DNA of 64,000 bases from an uncultured Verrucomicrobiae bacterium (GCA_963762565.1 CAVXLD010000001.1:1120001-1184000), one strand, 5' to 3'; shown: positions 49,481-61,234, counted from the first letter of the stretch. Notes: generated from the letters alone by a model not told the origin. Made by a program: numbers and translations.

Positions 49481-51002
49481 CTACTGTGACGCCGCATCGG
49501 CGGCGGTACGGAAACCGATTTCAGACGACCGGTCCAGGGTGGGCGCCATGAGCAGATACTTGTTGTGATGATTCAGTTGGTACGCAGTCGGCGTCGAAGG
49601 AAAGTAGAAGTTGATAGGAAAGTTTGACTGCGGTTGGTACGCTGAACCGCCCCGAACTACGGCGGCGATCGTGTGTTCATCCGTAAACGTGTTTGTCCAT
49701 TGCCACACGTTACCGACCATATCGAGGACACCGAAAGGACTGGCGCCGCTCGGATGCGCGGTGACATCATCCGGAGGAGTCGTGTCGCGGCCGGTATTTA
49801 CCGTGGGAACGTTCGTTGCCGAGAAGGTACTACCCCAAGGATACAATCGGCCGTCAGTCCCTTGAGCTGCATACTGCCATTCCCATTCGTTTGGCAGGCG
49901 GCGTCCAGCCCATCGGACGTACGCTGCCGCGTCTTGCCAGGATACCCAAGTCACAGGTTTGTTGTCCCATCCCGCCTGGTAATGAGGATGAGCTGGGTTT
50001 GACCAGTCCCAATCGAGCAGGAAGTTATGAGTGTCCGCCGGACGATAGTTGGTCGCGTCCATGAAACCTTGATACTGCAGGTTCGTCACCTCGGTCTTAT
50101 CCAGGTAGAACGTATTGATCGTCATTTGATGACTGTGAGTGTAACTGGGTTGCGATTCCCACGGATATTGAACATCGGCGCCAGGTTCACCGTCTCCTTC
50201 GATCTCCGTGCCTTCCACGGTGAATTCGTAGGTACCTCCTGAAATGGTGACCATTCCGTTAGGTGGTTCCGAATACGGCTTGGTTGTCTCGGTTGGATTA
50301 ATGGCCTGGGTCAGTACGGTGTTAGCGGCGGAATAAGAGCTGAGCGGTTTAGCAGTCAATTGGCGCATCGTGGCCAGGAATTCCTTCAGCTTAGCTGGCA
50401 GATCGGCGGGCTTGGCGCCAAGGATTGCTCCGTAACCGCTGTCTTCAATAGAGAAAGCCAGGACGGCCGTCCCATTGCTAACAACCGGTTTCAGCTCAAC
50501 CCCATGCCAGAGATCGTAGTACACCTGCTTGGGGAAATCCGGGCATATCACGGATCAGTTGGTCCTGGTTTCGGCTATCGACGCCCATGTTGGGGTAGGT
50601 CGGCCAAAGCAAAACTGAATCGATCCCGCCGTACCGTTTATCCAAATCAGAGAGGTAGGTAGAGACAATATACTTACCGCTACTCACATCGTAAAAGTAC
50701 CGATCATGGGTCATCTCTTGGGGCTGAATCGGGTTGTGTTGGGTCCAGTTTAGCGGGGCGAATTGATAGATAGAATCATCGTAGTTAATGCTGGCCCGTT
50801 GCTGAGCCCGCCAGCTTTGCATAGCGGCTAACCAGGCGGCGGTATCACCAGGAGTATCAGGGCCGTTAATTTGAATATAATCAGGAAACACCAGCGTATA
50901 ACCGGCGGCATCGGCGTGTCCGGGGAGGGAAACGCCGATCAAGGCGAGAGCCAAACAGGGAAGAATATTGAATTTCATATTCAGGAGGAAACGGGGGAAC
51001 AT
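49481..51002 (-). pseudogene. Exported FGE-sulfatase (SUMF1)-domain protein, split or internally deleted
   Basis: RLPNEWEWQYAA, DMVGNVWQW, IGFR in the 3' ORF; signal peptide and YGGIDSVL.WPTYPN in the 5' ORF. Confidence 0.75.
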
Positions 51003-51040
51003 CGATTAGACGGCTAGCGCTTAAACAGCGACGTTGCGGC

Positions 51041-51169
51041 TGAGCAAACGATTGCGCAATCGATTAGCCGAACTTTTAGGCCCACTTTTTCAGGTTGTCA
51101 AGAATGACCATTGACACTCGCCCAAAAAGGCCTAAAGCTGGCCGCAATCGATTGCGCAACTGTTTGCGC
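51041..51169. promoter_or_regulatory. LacI-family operators and promoter
   Basis: TGAGCAAACGATTGCGC (51041), perfect CGCAATCGATTGCG (51143), TTGACA at 51111. Confidence 0.75.
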
Positions 51170-51225
51170 TGTCCCTTGTGTAACCTGATTAACCCCCAAA
51201 CTGTTTAGCCCACCCCATCTCTTAT

Positions 51226-52179
51226 ATGCGTCTTACCCCCCATCAGAACCGGCCAGTTATCAGCACCTTGCTGACTCTGGCGCTTTGCGGTGTTACTCTA
51301 GCGGCTCAAGCCGCCGATAAACCCAGAGTCGCTCTGGTTATGAAATCGTTGGCCAATGAGTTTTTCCAGACCATGGAAAAAGGGGCCCGCGATTATCAAG
51401 CCCAACACTCCAGCGAATTCGATCTGATCTCGAATGGGATCAAAAATGAAACCGATGTCGGCGCCCAAATCAATCTGGTGAACCAGATGATCGCCCAACG
51501 GGTGGACGCCATTGTCCTAGCGCCGGCTGATTCGAAAGCGTTGATCGCTGTCGCCAAAAAAGCGCAGAAGGCCGGTATTCTGGTCATCAATATTGATAAC
51601 AAATTCGACGCCCCCACCCTGGCCCAGGAGAATGTTAAAATTCCATTCGTCGGACCGGATAATCGGAAGGGAGCGAAAAAGGTCGGAGACTATTTGGCGA
51701 AACAACTTTCACCGGGGAGCAAGGTGGCGGTCTTGGAAGGAGTTCCCGGTGCTTTCAACGGGATCCAACGAAGACTCGGCTTCGACGACGCTATGAAAGA
51801 CGCCAAGATCGATGTGGTGAGCTCCCAAGCTGCAGACTGGGAAACCGCCAAAGCGAACCAGGTAGCATCGGCGATCATCACGCAATACCCGAATCTCAAC
51901 GCAATTCTCGCGTGCAACGATAGCATGGCTTTGGGAGCAGTCGCTGCGCTTAAGGCCGCCGGCAAAGAGGACAGTGTCAAAGTGGTCGGCTTCGACAATA
52001 TCACGGCCGTCCAACAGTTGATCAAAGACGGCAAAATGCTGGCCACCGCCGACCAACACGGCGACCAGCTCGCGGTCTACGGGATTCAATACGCTTTGGA
52101 ATCGCTGGCTAACAAGGGAGCATCGCTGCCAGATCGTGAAACTAAGGTGGATTTGATCACCAAGGACGACTTGAAATAG
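51226..52179 (+). CDS. Sugar ABC transporter substrate-binding protein (RbsB-like)
   Basis: SLANEFF, GPDN, ACNDSMALGA, VVGFD. Confidence 0.93.
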   Translation: MRLTPHQNRPVISTLLTLALCGVTLAAQAADKPRVALVMKSLANEFFQTMEKGARDYQAQHSSEFDLISNGIKNETDVGAQINLVNQMIAQRVDAIVLAPADSKALIAVAKKAQKAGILVINIDNKFDAPTLAQENVKIPFVGPDNRKGAKKVGDYLAKQLSPGSKVAVLEGVPGAFNGIQRRLGFDDAMKDAKIDVVSSQAADWETAKANQVASAIITQYPNLNAILACNDSMALGAVAALKAAGKEDSVKVVGFDNITAVQQLIKDGKMLATADQHGDQLAVYGIQYALESLANKGASLPDRETKVDLITKDDLK

Positions 52180-52388
52180 CGACGACCTGCGGCCAAAACG
52201 AACCCGTGAAAGGTGAAAGGTGAGAAAGCCTCGAGTGTTGACAAGACTTTCACCCGTAGCAGGACGAAGATAACGAAGGGTGCTTTAGCCCGGATTGTTA
52301 TATAGAATCGTTGCCCTTCGTTTGCTTCGTTAGCTTCTGTAAGATCTCTTCACTAGCTACTGTAAGATTTCAGCCTCCCGCCCATCGG

Positions 52389-53897
52389 ATGACCGCACTT
52401 CTCCAAACTAGGGGACTCAGTAAGGCGTATGCCAGCCCGGTCCTGCAGGATGTTAATTTCGATCTGCGGGCCGGAGAGATCCACGCGTTGGTTGGAGAGA
52501 ACGGAGCAGGCAAAAGTACTCTTTGCCACATTATTGCTGGATTGCGTGAAGCGGATTCAGGCGAAATGTTCCTGGAAGAGAGCCCCTATCGGCCAACCAG
52601 CAAAAGGGTCGCTGAACATAAAGGGGTACGAATCGTTCTCCAGGAGCTTAGTCTAATCGACAATTTGTCTGTGGGGGAAAATCTATTTCTCCCCCGCTTA
52701 CCGAATCGAATGGGCTGGATCCGGGACAGCCGACTGGCACAAGCCGCTCGGACTGCCTTGGACCGGGTCGGCTTGATCGACCTGGAACCGAGTGTTCCGG
52801 TCCGTCAGCTTGGGATCGGACAGAAGCAATTAATCGAGATTGCCGCCGGAATTTCGCAAGAGTGTAAGGTCCTGATTCTTGATGAACCCACGGCCGCGCT
52901 GACTAGCGCCGACGCCGAGCGGTTGTTCGCGCAGGTTAGAAACCTGCGGGAAGCAGGCGTCGGTATCATTTTCATTTCCCATCACCTCGAAGAGGTTCAG
53001 GAAATCGCGGATCGTGTGTCGGTCCTACGCGATGGCAGTCTAGTTACGGTTAAGGACCGGGGATCCTATTCAATTGATGAAATCATCCGTTCGATGGTGG
53101 GTCGGGACCTTGGCGAATCGGGGGAACGAACTGCTAGAACGGGTTCGGGCGACGTGTTGCTTCGCGTCGAGAATTTGAAAGCGCCTCCCGTTGTGCGGGA
53201 CGTCAGCTTTGAAGCTCAAGCAGGTGAGATTTTAGGGATCGCTGGTCTCATGGGTTCTGGTCGGACCGAAACCATGCGTGCACTCTTCGGAGCCGATCCC
53301 CGAACTGCCGGCAGAATTTTTGTTAAAGGTAAAGAGGTTCAAATCCGCCGGCCAGCAGACGCAGTAAAATTGGGAATCGGGTTCTTAACTGAAGATCGTA
53401 AAGGCCAAGGGCTGCTTTTGCCTAAACCAATCAGGATAAATATCAGCCTGGCCCGAATGCTCGGCGAAATTGCCCGTTTCGGTTGGATCGACCGAGCGCG
53501 AGAAAATCGGGTTGCCGATAGCTGGGTCCATCGGTTGAGTGTGCGTTGTTCTTCCACGGAACAGGCGGTAGTTAACCTTAGCGGTGGTAATCAACAGAAG
53601 GTTTTACTTGCGCGCTGGCTCTACCGAAACTGCGATATCCTGATTTGTGATGAACCTACCCGAGGTATCGACGTGGGTGCAAAGTTTGAGATCTATCAGC
53701 TGCTCGGTGAACTAGCCGCCGGAGGAAAAGCGATTGTAGTGATTTCTTCGGATCTCAAAGAGCTGCTGACGCTCTGCGACCGGATTGCCGTGATGTCGGC
53801 CGGCAAATTGGTCACAGAATTCCGGCGAGGCGAATGGACTGAGGATGGAATCATGGCGGCGGCGTTTATTGAGCTGACCCGGCCGACGCCTAACTAG
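52389..53897 (+). CDS. Sugar ABC transporter ATPase (RbsA-like)
   Basis: GENGAGKST, DEPT, LSGGNQQK. Confidence 0.95.
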   Translation: MTALLQTRGLSKAYASPVLQDVNFDLRAGEIHALVGENGAGKSTLCHIIAGLREADSGEMFLEESPYRPTSKRVAEHKGVRIVLQELSLIDNLSVGENLFLPRLPNRMGWIRDSRLAQAARTALDRVGLIDLEPSVPVRQLGIGQKQLIEIAAGISQECKVLILDEPTAALTSADAERLFAQVRNLREAGVGIIFISHHLEEVQEIADRVSVLRDGSLVTVKDRGSYSIDEIIRSMVGRDLGESGERTARTGSGDVLLRVENLKAPPVVRDVSFEAQAGEILGIAGLMGSGRTETMRALFGADPRTAGRIFVKGKEVQIRRPADAVKLGIGFLTEDRKGQGLLLPKPIRINISLARMLGEIARFGWIDRARENRVADSWVHRLSVRCSSTEQAVVNLSGGNQQKVLLARWLYRNCDILICDEPTRGIDVGAKFEIYQLLGELAAGGKAIVVISSDLKELLTLCDRIAVMSAGKLVTEFRRGEWTEDGIMAAAFIELTRPTPN

Positions 53898-54027
53898 TCG
53901 ATTTCAGCGTTGGAAGAAAAAGAGCTACGAGAAACAACCCCGAAACGGCGAATCGGCGAATGGGCGAATGGGCGACACCGCCAGCGCCACCGGCGAACGA
54001 ACCGAGCAATTAACTGATCCAGTTTTT

Positions 54028-55068
54028 ATGAGACCGAACCCTTATCCCACTTCGACTGATGCATCGCCCGGGGCCGGCATCAAGTCGAACCTCGGGGGGC
54101 CGAGCCGGCGAGCCGGTCAGCTCCGCGAAATCATCGAGAACAGTTTGGGATTGGTGGTCGTTCTGGTCTTGCTGATCGTCCTATTTAGTTTTCAAACCGC
54201 CCATTTCTTCTCGGCAACGACCTTCGAAGCGATCGCCAACGAGATTCCGACGGCCATTTTCATCGCCATTGGTATGACCTTTGTTTTGATCATCGGCGGG
54301 ATAGACCTGTCGGTTGGATCAGTCCTGGCATTGGGGTCCGGCTTGTTAGGTGTTGCTATTGTGCACTGGCATTGGCCGCTCTGGGCCGCGATTGGGTTGT
54401 GCGTATTGTCCGGTGCTCTTTGCGGACTGCTGAATGGGTTTCTAACCATCCGCTTTCGCCTACCTTCCTTTATCGTAACGCTCGGCCTGATGGAAGCGGC
54501 TCGGGGAGCGACCTATCTGGTCACAAATTCCCAGACCATGTATATCGGTTCCACGATTGAAGCGGTGGACAACGCAACTTTATTTGGGCTTTCGTTGCCC
54601 TTCTTGGTTGCGATCGGTTTTGCCATCATCGCTCAATTTATTCTCACTGGAACCGTCTTCGGTCGCTATGCCATCGCTCTCGGAACCAGCGAAGAAGCGG
54701 TCCGCCTTTCCGGAATTGACACTCGACCAATAAAACTAGCGGTATTTACCTTAAGCGGTGCTTTAGCCGCTGTGGCCGGAATTTCTTATTGTGCGCAACT
54801 TTCCGCGGCCGATCCCAACGCGGGCAATGGGTTTGAGCTCGCGGCTATCGCGGCGGTGGTGATCGGTGGGACCAGTCTGATGGGAGGCCGTGGTTCGGTC
54901 ATTAATTCATTGTTTGGAGTTCTGGTAATTGCGGTACTGGAAACCGGGCTAGCTCAAATCGGAGCCCAAGAATCGGTGAAACGGATGGTAACCGGAGCCG
55001 TGATCATCATCGCCGTTATCGTCGATTTTTATCGGACGCGCCGGGCGGAAGCGAAGGCGAGGAAGTAA
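54028..55068 (+). CDS. Sugar ABC transporter permease (RbsC-like)
   Basis: GIDLSVGS, AIAAVVIGGTSL. Confidence 0.95.
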   Translation: MRPNPYPTSTDASPGAGIKSNLGGPSRRAGQLREIIENSLGLVVVLVLLIVLFSFQTAHFFSATTFEAIANEIPTAIFIAIGMTFVLIIGGIDLSVGSVLALGSGLLGVAIVHWHWPLWAAIGLCVLSGALCGLLNGFLTIRFRLPSFIVTLGLMEAARGATYLVTNSQTMYIGSTIEAVDNATLFGLSLPFLVAIGFAIIAQFILTGTVFGRYAIALGTSEEAVRLSGIDTRPIKLAVFTLSGALAAVAGISYCAQLSAADPNAGNGFELAAIAAVVIGGTSLMGGRGSVINSLFGVLVIAVLETGLAQIGAQESVKRMVTGAVIIIAVIVDFYRTRRAEAKARK

Positions 55069-55187
55069 GCAGTAAGCAGTAAGCGGTAAGCGGTAAGCAC
55101 TAAGCAGTTCAGGAGCCAGGAGCGAGAATCCAGGTCAGGAGATCTGGCTCCTAATACTGATTACTGATTACTGATTACTGATTACTT
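55066..55187. repeat. Inverted arrays of heptamer tandem repeats
   Basis: (TAAGCAG/TAAGCGG)n facing (TACTGAT)n. Confidence 0.8.
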
Positions 55188-55281
55188 CTCCCAGGCGTCA
55201 AGGTGCGCACGGACAGTTAGTCTGCCAAATGCAAAGAATGATTGACCTAATTAACTCCACGCGTTATCCAAGAGAACGCTT

Positions 55282-55298
55282 GCGCAATCGTTTGCTCA
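55282..55298. promoter_or_regulatory. LacI operator (autoregulatory)
   Basis: GCGCAATCGTTTGCTCA is the exact reverse complement of 51041-51057. Confidence 0.8.
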
Positions 55299-55323
55299 GG
55301 CTTTTTCGCTGATTATAAGCTAA

Positions 55324-56388
55324 GTGCCACCTACCCGTATTAAGTCCTCCGGAGCGCCGACCATGAAAGATGTTGCTGAGTTGGCCGGCGTGTCGGTAAC
55401 CACCGTTTCCCATGTGCTGAACAAGACCCGGTATGTAGACCGGAGTTTGGTTCGGCGAGTTGAGGCCGCGGTTAAGACCCTTGGGTACCAGCCGAATGCG
55501 TTAGCGCGAGGATTGCGCCGAAAAGAAACCCGAATGCTTGGCGTGGTGGTACCGGATAATTCCAATCCATACTTTGCTGAGCTCGCTCGGAGCATCGAAG
55601 ATGCGTGTTTCGAAAGCGACTATAACGTCATCCTCTGCAATTCCGACGAAGACCCGACTAAAGAACGCGCTTACTTATCTCTGTTAGCGGAGAAGCGCGT
55701 CGATGGAATTGTTTTTGTCGCTTCAGGCGATGATCGCGCCGGAGTACAGGCCGTTCTGCAACAGAAAATTCCACTGGTGCTTTTGGATAGAGAGCTCAAA
55801 GGCACCAAGTGCGATGCGATTCTAGTAGACAATCGTTCTGGCGCGCGTCGGGCGACCCAACATTTGATCCAGGGAAACCACCAGCGGATTGGTTGCGTCT
55901 GTGGTCCCAAGAATCTGGCTTCAGCTAAAGAACGGCTTCAAGGTTACCAAGACGCTTTCACGGAGGCGCGCCTGCGCATGGATCCCAAATTGATTCAGCC
56001 CGGAGACTTTCACATCGAAGGCGGATTTACCGCCATACAATCGCTGCTGGATCTGCCAACTCGAATCACTGCGGTCTTCGTAGCAAACGATTTGATGGCG
56101 ATAGGCGTCTTAAGAGGAATCGCAGCCCGCGGTCTACGCGTGCCAGAAGACATCGCAGTCGTGGGATTCGACGGCATTTCCCTGGGAAGATACACGCAAC
56201 CGCCACTAACAACGGTGGCGCAACCAATTCGTAAAATTGGAAAGTTGGCGACCGAGCTAGTGTTATCGCGAGTAAACGGCGAGCGAGAGGAACCGCGAAT
56301 TCATCGCTTAGAGACGAACCTGGTTGTTCGCGGGTCTTGCGGGATTACACAGAAGGGCACGAAGACAAATCTTTTGAACAAGAGCTAA
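55324..56388 (+). CDS. LacI-family regulator (RbsR/PurR-like)
   Basis: TMKDVAELAGVSVTTVSHVLN, YQPNALARGL, VVGFD. Confidence 0.95.
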   Translation: MPPTRIKSSGAPTMKDVAELAGVSVTTVSHVLNKTRYVDRSLVRRVEAAVKTLGYQPNALARGLRRKETRMLGVVVPDNSNPYFAELARSIEDACFESDYNVILCNSDEDPTKERAYLSLLAEKRVDGIVFVASGDDRAGVQAVLQQKIPLVLLDRELKGTKCDAILVDNRSGARRATQHLIQGNHQRIGCVCGPKNLASAKERLQGYQDAFTEARLRMDPKLIQPGDFHIEGGFTAIQSLLDLPTRITAVFVANDLMAIGVLRGIAARGLRVPEDIAVVGFDGISLGRYTQPPLTTVAQPIRKIGKLATELVLSRVNGEREEPRIHRLETNLVVRGSCGITQKGTKTNLLNKS

Positions 56389-56624
56389 CAGCCAGCCTGA
56401 GAACAGCTTCGTGGGTTTGCAACCACCTCTTGGTGTCGATCCAAATCAGACGTTGTGTTAGTGCCGGTAAAAATGCTTTAGGCAGGAATAGAGCATCTGA
56501 ACTCGACCATCTGCTCTATTACATCTAGCTTACATTCGCATTACAAATACATAATAATATCATGTTGCTTTTGCCATTGATATCGGATCGATGTTTGTTA
56601 AGTTTGCAGGGTAATGAGCAGAGA

Positions 56625-56840
56625 ATGAAGAAGCGGCCCAGCAAATCTGAAGTCAAGATTATCGCTATAATCGGTTTATCTGAGAATCTTCTAATTCAAG
56701 CGGACCTGGTCGAAATCGCGGAAGAGTTGCGCAAAAGCCGGTCAAAATGGATCAAGGAAGATATGGCGGATTGGGTGCTCGAGGTTAAGGAGAGGGTGAA
56801 AAATCTCCACTGGCAAGAGCCGAAACATCCGTGGAACTAA
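56625..56840 (+). CDS. Small hypothetical protein, possibly ribbon-helix-helix
   Basis: Basic N-terminus; AEELRKSRSKWI. Confidence 0.3.
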   Translation: MKKRPSKSEVKIIAIIGLSENLLIQADLVEIAEELRKSRSKWIKEDMADWVLEVKERVKNLHWQEPKHPWN

Positions 56841-56935
56841 AGCTTGCACAAGCGCCTGACGAAGCCTCGCACAGAGGGCGGAAGGGACACAACGATTGTT
56901 TCTCCGTAAAGAAACGCATCGGGAACCGGTGGTTG

Positions 56936-57595
56936 CTACGACTGAGCCCGCCAGTCGGCCTTTCTCATACGGTATAAGACATGCCGCCGAAGGAGGTGGT
57001 CCTCGGGCACGATTGGGTGGTTAAAATCTTCAGCAGGGCAATATTGCATACCGAGTTTCTCCATCACGCGCCGGGATTTTACGTTGGTCAAGGTCGTGAA
57101 AGCGACGATCTCCTGAAGTCCGGCCCGTTCGAACCCGTCTCGCAGCGCTTCGTTGGCAGCTTCGGGCGCATATCCCTTACCCCATTCCTCCGCACAGATC
57201 CGCCAGGCAACTTCAGCGCAGGGGCTGAACGGTAAAGTGTATGGTGGAATGCTAATGCCCACGAAACCAATGAATTTCTCTGAATCAGCAATCTCAACCG
57301 CCCAGCGTCCGAATCCGTGAGCGTCGAAATGTTTCTTGATGCTCTTGACGCTCTGACGTGTCTCCTCTTCCGTCATTTTCCCTAACATGAATTCCATGAC
57401 TCGCTGATCGGCATTCATGCTTGCGAAAGGTAAGAGATCGGATTCCTTCCAGCGGCGCAAAATCAGACGCCGGGTTCGAAGGATAGTCGGACAGTCGCCG
57501 CTCGCCGATGCGTTTTCCATTCTGTAACTCCTAATGATGATCGCGATCTTATGCGTCAGGTTCCACAGCCTTTTTTTGGTAGCGTTGGCATTCAT
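56936..57595 (-). CDS. GNAT acetyltransferase (RimJ/RimL-like)
   Basis: LRTRRLILR, WGKGYA, N.KSRRVMEKLG; alternative start 57520. Confidence 0.9.
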   Translation of the reverse strand: MNANATKKRLWNLTHKIAIIIRSYRMENASASGDCPTILRTRRLILRRWKESDLLPFASMNADQRVMEFMLGKMTEEETRQSVKSIKKHFDAHGFGRWAVEIADSEKFIGFVGISIPPYTLPFSPCAEVAWRICAEEWGKGYAPEAANEALRDGFERAGLQEIVAFTTLTNVKSRRVMEKLGMQYCPAEDFNHPIVPEDHLLRRHVLYRMRKADWRAQS

Positions 57596-58446
57596 TCGTC
57601 TCCCCCTATACGAACAACCAATAGAGTTTCTGCCCAGTTCTGCACGCGCGACAATACAGAACCCGCAATCGGTGCAACATGACCGGCGTGTGCCACGGAA
57701 ATAACTTGTTTCTGCCCAGCGTAGGCTTGAGTCACAAGTTTCTGATACTTCGGCAAGACGAGCTTATCGCGTTCATCTACGATAAAAATCGCGGGTACAT
57801 GAGCGGCTTTCGCGTTAGCGATACTATCTAGAGCGGCCGGCACTTTTAGGGCAAGGGGACCCGCCAACAGCCAAAGATTCCACCAGCCATACTCGCCAAC
57901 GATCATCTGGCGCAGAGCCGGTGGATCCTGGAGAATCACACCGACGACCGGGCGATGCGCGGCCACATAAAGCGCGGCGGCTGTGCCTAGGCTATAACCC
58001 ACCAGCAGGATCGGCCGGTCTCCCGCGATTCGCGTTAACGCGTCAAAAGCCGCGAGGGCGGCTGGCCCAACCTTGGCCAGGCGCGCGGGGCCGGTGCTGC
58101 CGCCGTATCCCGGATAGTTAACACCCCAGACCTCCAATGACTTATTAGGAAATAGATCGATTTGAATACCGTTTTCCGCACGAGTCCCATTGCCATAGAA
58201 ACAAAGGAGATATAAATCGGGCCGGCTGGAAGCGACGGCTTCGGTTGACCGCATCCATATCTCTAAGTCGCCTTTTTCGAATGCAATCGTTCGGCGGACC
58301 GCCTTCCCCACGGATAACGGCTCAGTTGTCGGATAGAGCACGAAGGAATCCAGCACCGGAATGACAGTTACCAGACCGACGTATAAGAGCAATGCACCAA
58401 TAACGATAGACCGGAGGTAGTGCATACGTCGCGAGACAGTGATCAT
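57592..58446 (-). CDS. Alpha/beta hydrolase
   Basis: NYPGYG, GYSLG, AGH. Confidence 0.85.
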   Translation of the reverse strand: MITVSRRMHYLRSIVIGALLLYVGLVTVIPVLDSFVLYPTTEPLSVGKAVRRTIAFEKGDLEIWMRSTEAVASSRPDLYLLCFYGNGTRAENGIQIDLFPNKSLEVWGVNYPGYGGSTGPARLAKVGPAALAAFDALTRIAGDRPILLVGYSLGTAAALYVAAHRPVVGVILQDPPALRQMIVGEYGWWNLWLLAGPLALKVPAALDSIANAKAAHVPAIFIVDERDKLVLPKYQKLVTQAYAGQKQVISVAHAGHVAPIAGSVLSRVQNWAETLLVVRIGGDE

Positions 58447-58780
58447 TTATTATCCCACCGAACTCTCGTTGCGCCTATCTCTGCGCAACAATCGAAAAAA
58501 GTTAAATCCAAGAAAGAAAAAGCGATCGATCCTTCCACAGAAGATCACGAAGGACCCAAAGACAGACGGCTTGAACAGGAGGAAGCAGGGGCAACAGAGG
58601 TAAAAGACCGGCCCCCGAAAGAACCTTGTGGGGGAACCCTCCGTTTCCTCTGTTAGCTCCTGTTCAAAAGATTTGTCTTTGTGGTCTTCTGTGGACCCGC
58701 CTGCGGATTAAGCGATCGGACCGCTCCGAGCGCATTTTAGGTGACTAAGCCTTTATCTGTAAATCTGTGTCCATCTGTGG

Positions 58781-59311
58781 TTAAATTCTTTTCCAACTTC
58801 GAAAGAAAATGACCGTAGGTTGTCCCTTGTAAACGCTCCTGACTGCTTCCCGGTATCCCATCTTCGCAGCCAGGCGAAGAGACGGTTGGTTTCCGGAATC
58901 GATCAGGCACGAGGAATTAGGCGTTTGAAAATGGTTCGCTCCCCAAATGTGAATCGCCTGCACGGCTTCTACGGCAAACCCCTTACCGTGTGCCGAGCTG
59001 GCAAAGACCCATCCGGCTTCGGGAGAGTTCCCAAGTGGCGGCTCGATGGCGCGTTTCAAGTCGGCAAATCCCACTTCGCCGAGGAAGTTTCCAGTCACTT
59101 TTTCTTCGACGACCCAATATCCGAATCCAAGTAGCAACCAATGGCCGGCATATTGGAGCAAGCGTTTCCAAACATCTTCTGGCGTTAATGGAATGCCGCC
59201 GATATAGCGAATGACAACGGGGTCAGACCAGAGTGCGGCACAGTGAGGGAAATCTTCGACACGATGGGCGCGAAGTACCAGTCGCTCAGTCTCCAATCTA
59301 GGAACCTTCAT
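58781..59311 (-). CDS. GNAT acetyltransferase (RimJ/RimL-like)
   Basis: LETERLVLR, HGKGFA, N.PSLRLA.KMG. Confidence 0.9.
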   Translation of the reverse strand: MKVPRLETERLVLRAHRVEDFPHCAALWSDPVVIRYIGGIPLTPEDVWKRLLQYAGHWLLLGFGYWVVEEKVTGNFLGEVGFADLKRAIEPPLGNSPEAGWVFASSAHGKGFAVEAVQAIHIWGANHFQTPNSSCLIDSGNQPSLRLAAKMGYREAVRSVYKGQPTVIFFRSWKRI

Positions 59312-59386
59312 AGGAAAATGACAGATGACAAATACACGGTTTCCGGGAGGGCCGGCGCCCGCTAATCTGTCATCTAGTCATTTGTC

Positions 59387-60621
59387 ATGCAGGATCTAGT
59401 ATTGCCTCTCCAAAGTTGGAGACCTGGTTTTTCGATTAGCTGGCTACAGCTTCATCAGTCAAACCTCGACGCCGCCGGAGTGACGGATCTGCGGCCGGAT
59501 GCCTTCATTCCGCGCTTGGTGTTTGGCGACTATATCCAGGACTTGCTGCGCGAAGCATGTGAGACGTCAAAGTGTCTAGACCTTATCCATGACGAAATTG
59601 TCGACATAACCCGCCTGAACGACGAAACATTCCAGCTATTCGACCCGAGGAAGGCAAAAGTCTGAGAGGAGCGCAAGTCGTCCTTGCGCTTGGCAATTTT
59701 CCGCCCGGCAGACACCTCGGTGCGGACAAAGCCCCGGAGCAGTATTGGTTCAGCAACAATCCTTACTCAGCCGGGACTCGCGCCGAGCTAGCTGAACCGG
59801 GCGATATACTCATTATCGGGACCGGATTGACTAGCCTTGATGTGTTGCTGACGCTGGCTCCAACAAAGCAGGAGGGCAAGATTCACATACTATCCCGGCG
59901 AGGTCTTTTTCCTCAGGCGCATGGCAACGTCGCGAAGTATTCTCCGTTTTTCGATTCTGATCATTTGCCGAAGACCGCCTGCGAGCTCTTGCGCCAGGTG
60001 CGCCGTCAGGTTCGAATTGCACTTGCTGAGGGAATCGACTGGCGACCAGTGGTAGACTCGATTCGCCCGTTTAACCAGGCCATCTGGCAGAATCTCAATT
60101 ATGTCGAGCAGAAACGATTTTTGAGACACCTGCGCGGCTTCTGGGACATCCATCGTCACCGCTGTGCTCCGCAAGTAATGGCCGTAAAAGAGCAGCTTGA
60201 AGTTGAGAAACGACTGATTTCTCACCGTGGACATATTCTGGATCTCCGTCCGGTAGAAAACCACGTCGAGGTCACCTACCGGCCCCGAGGAACCCAAGTA
60301 AAAAGGACCATTGTAGTTAGGCGAGTTCTCAGCTGCACCGGCCCTCAGTCAGACTATCGTAAGCTGGACGATCCTTTGGTCCGCCGGCTGTTGGAACGCG
60401 ACCTTCTCGCACCTGATCCCCTGCGAATCGGCGCTTATACCGACCAAGACGGACGAGTACTCAATCAAGCTGGTGAGCCGATCCATCGCCTCTACACGCT
60501 AGGTAGCCCGCGAATGGGATTTCTTTACGAATCGATTGCCGTGCCGGAACTGCGCGTTCAAGCAAACGACTTAGCCAAGCGCATTCTAGCATCTCATCGT
60601 GGCGCGCCAAACCGGCGCTGA
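59387..60621 (+). pseudogene. FAD/NAD(P)-binding protein, 5'-truncated and frameshifted
   Basis: FIPRLVFGDY, IGTGLTSLD, WDIHRHR, ESIAVPELR spread across frames. Confidence 0.75.
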
Positions 60622-60770
60622 ACTTCCATAGAAGAGTAGCCTTTATTTTTGGCGATCGAGGTTACGGCTTGGTTCCGCGTTCGGAATAATGTTTGTTTAA
60701 GTAGATCCGCAGAATTGCATTGCAACGTATGCAGAATTGGATCGATGAAGAATCGTCGTACATTCGACTC

Positions 60771-61234
60771 ATGACCACAGCCGATATCAAGACGCCACGT
60801 CCGTATCCCGGGATCAGGCAGGCCAAGATATCGGTGGCAAAGACGGAAACCCCACGAGAAAGCCTTCTGCCGATATCGCTTCTATCCGCAAAGGGATTCC
60901 GCCAAAGGATTTCGTACTGCTAGCCAGGCATATCGGTTTACCGCAGGCAGAACTAGCCAGGAAATTGGGGCTCTCCCCGAGAACGATAGCAGTGCGTATT
61001 GCCGGGGGCCAAAAGAAACTCAATCCTGAAGAAAGCGAAAAGGTCCTCCGGATCCAGCACATCTTTGAACAGGCCATTCGCGTTTTTGGCTCGTTAAAGG
61101 AGGCGCGAGAATGGCTGTTAAGTCCGGCAATTGGACTCGAAGGTCAAGGACCCATTGATCTGCTCGATACTGAGCCGGGCGGTGCTCAAGTCCGTGATTA
61201 CCTTGGCGCGATCGAATACGGAAACTACTGGTGA
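60771..61234 (+). CDS. Xre/MbcA/ParS-type antitoxin, apparent frameshift near the N-terminus
   Basis: IRKGIP..HTH..ESEKVLR..AREWL..PIDLLDT..IEYG; that frame has no start until 60965. Confidence 0.75.
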
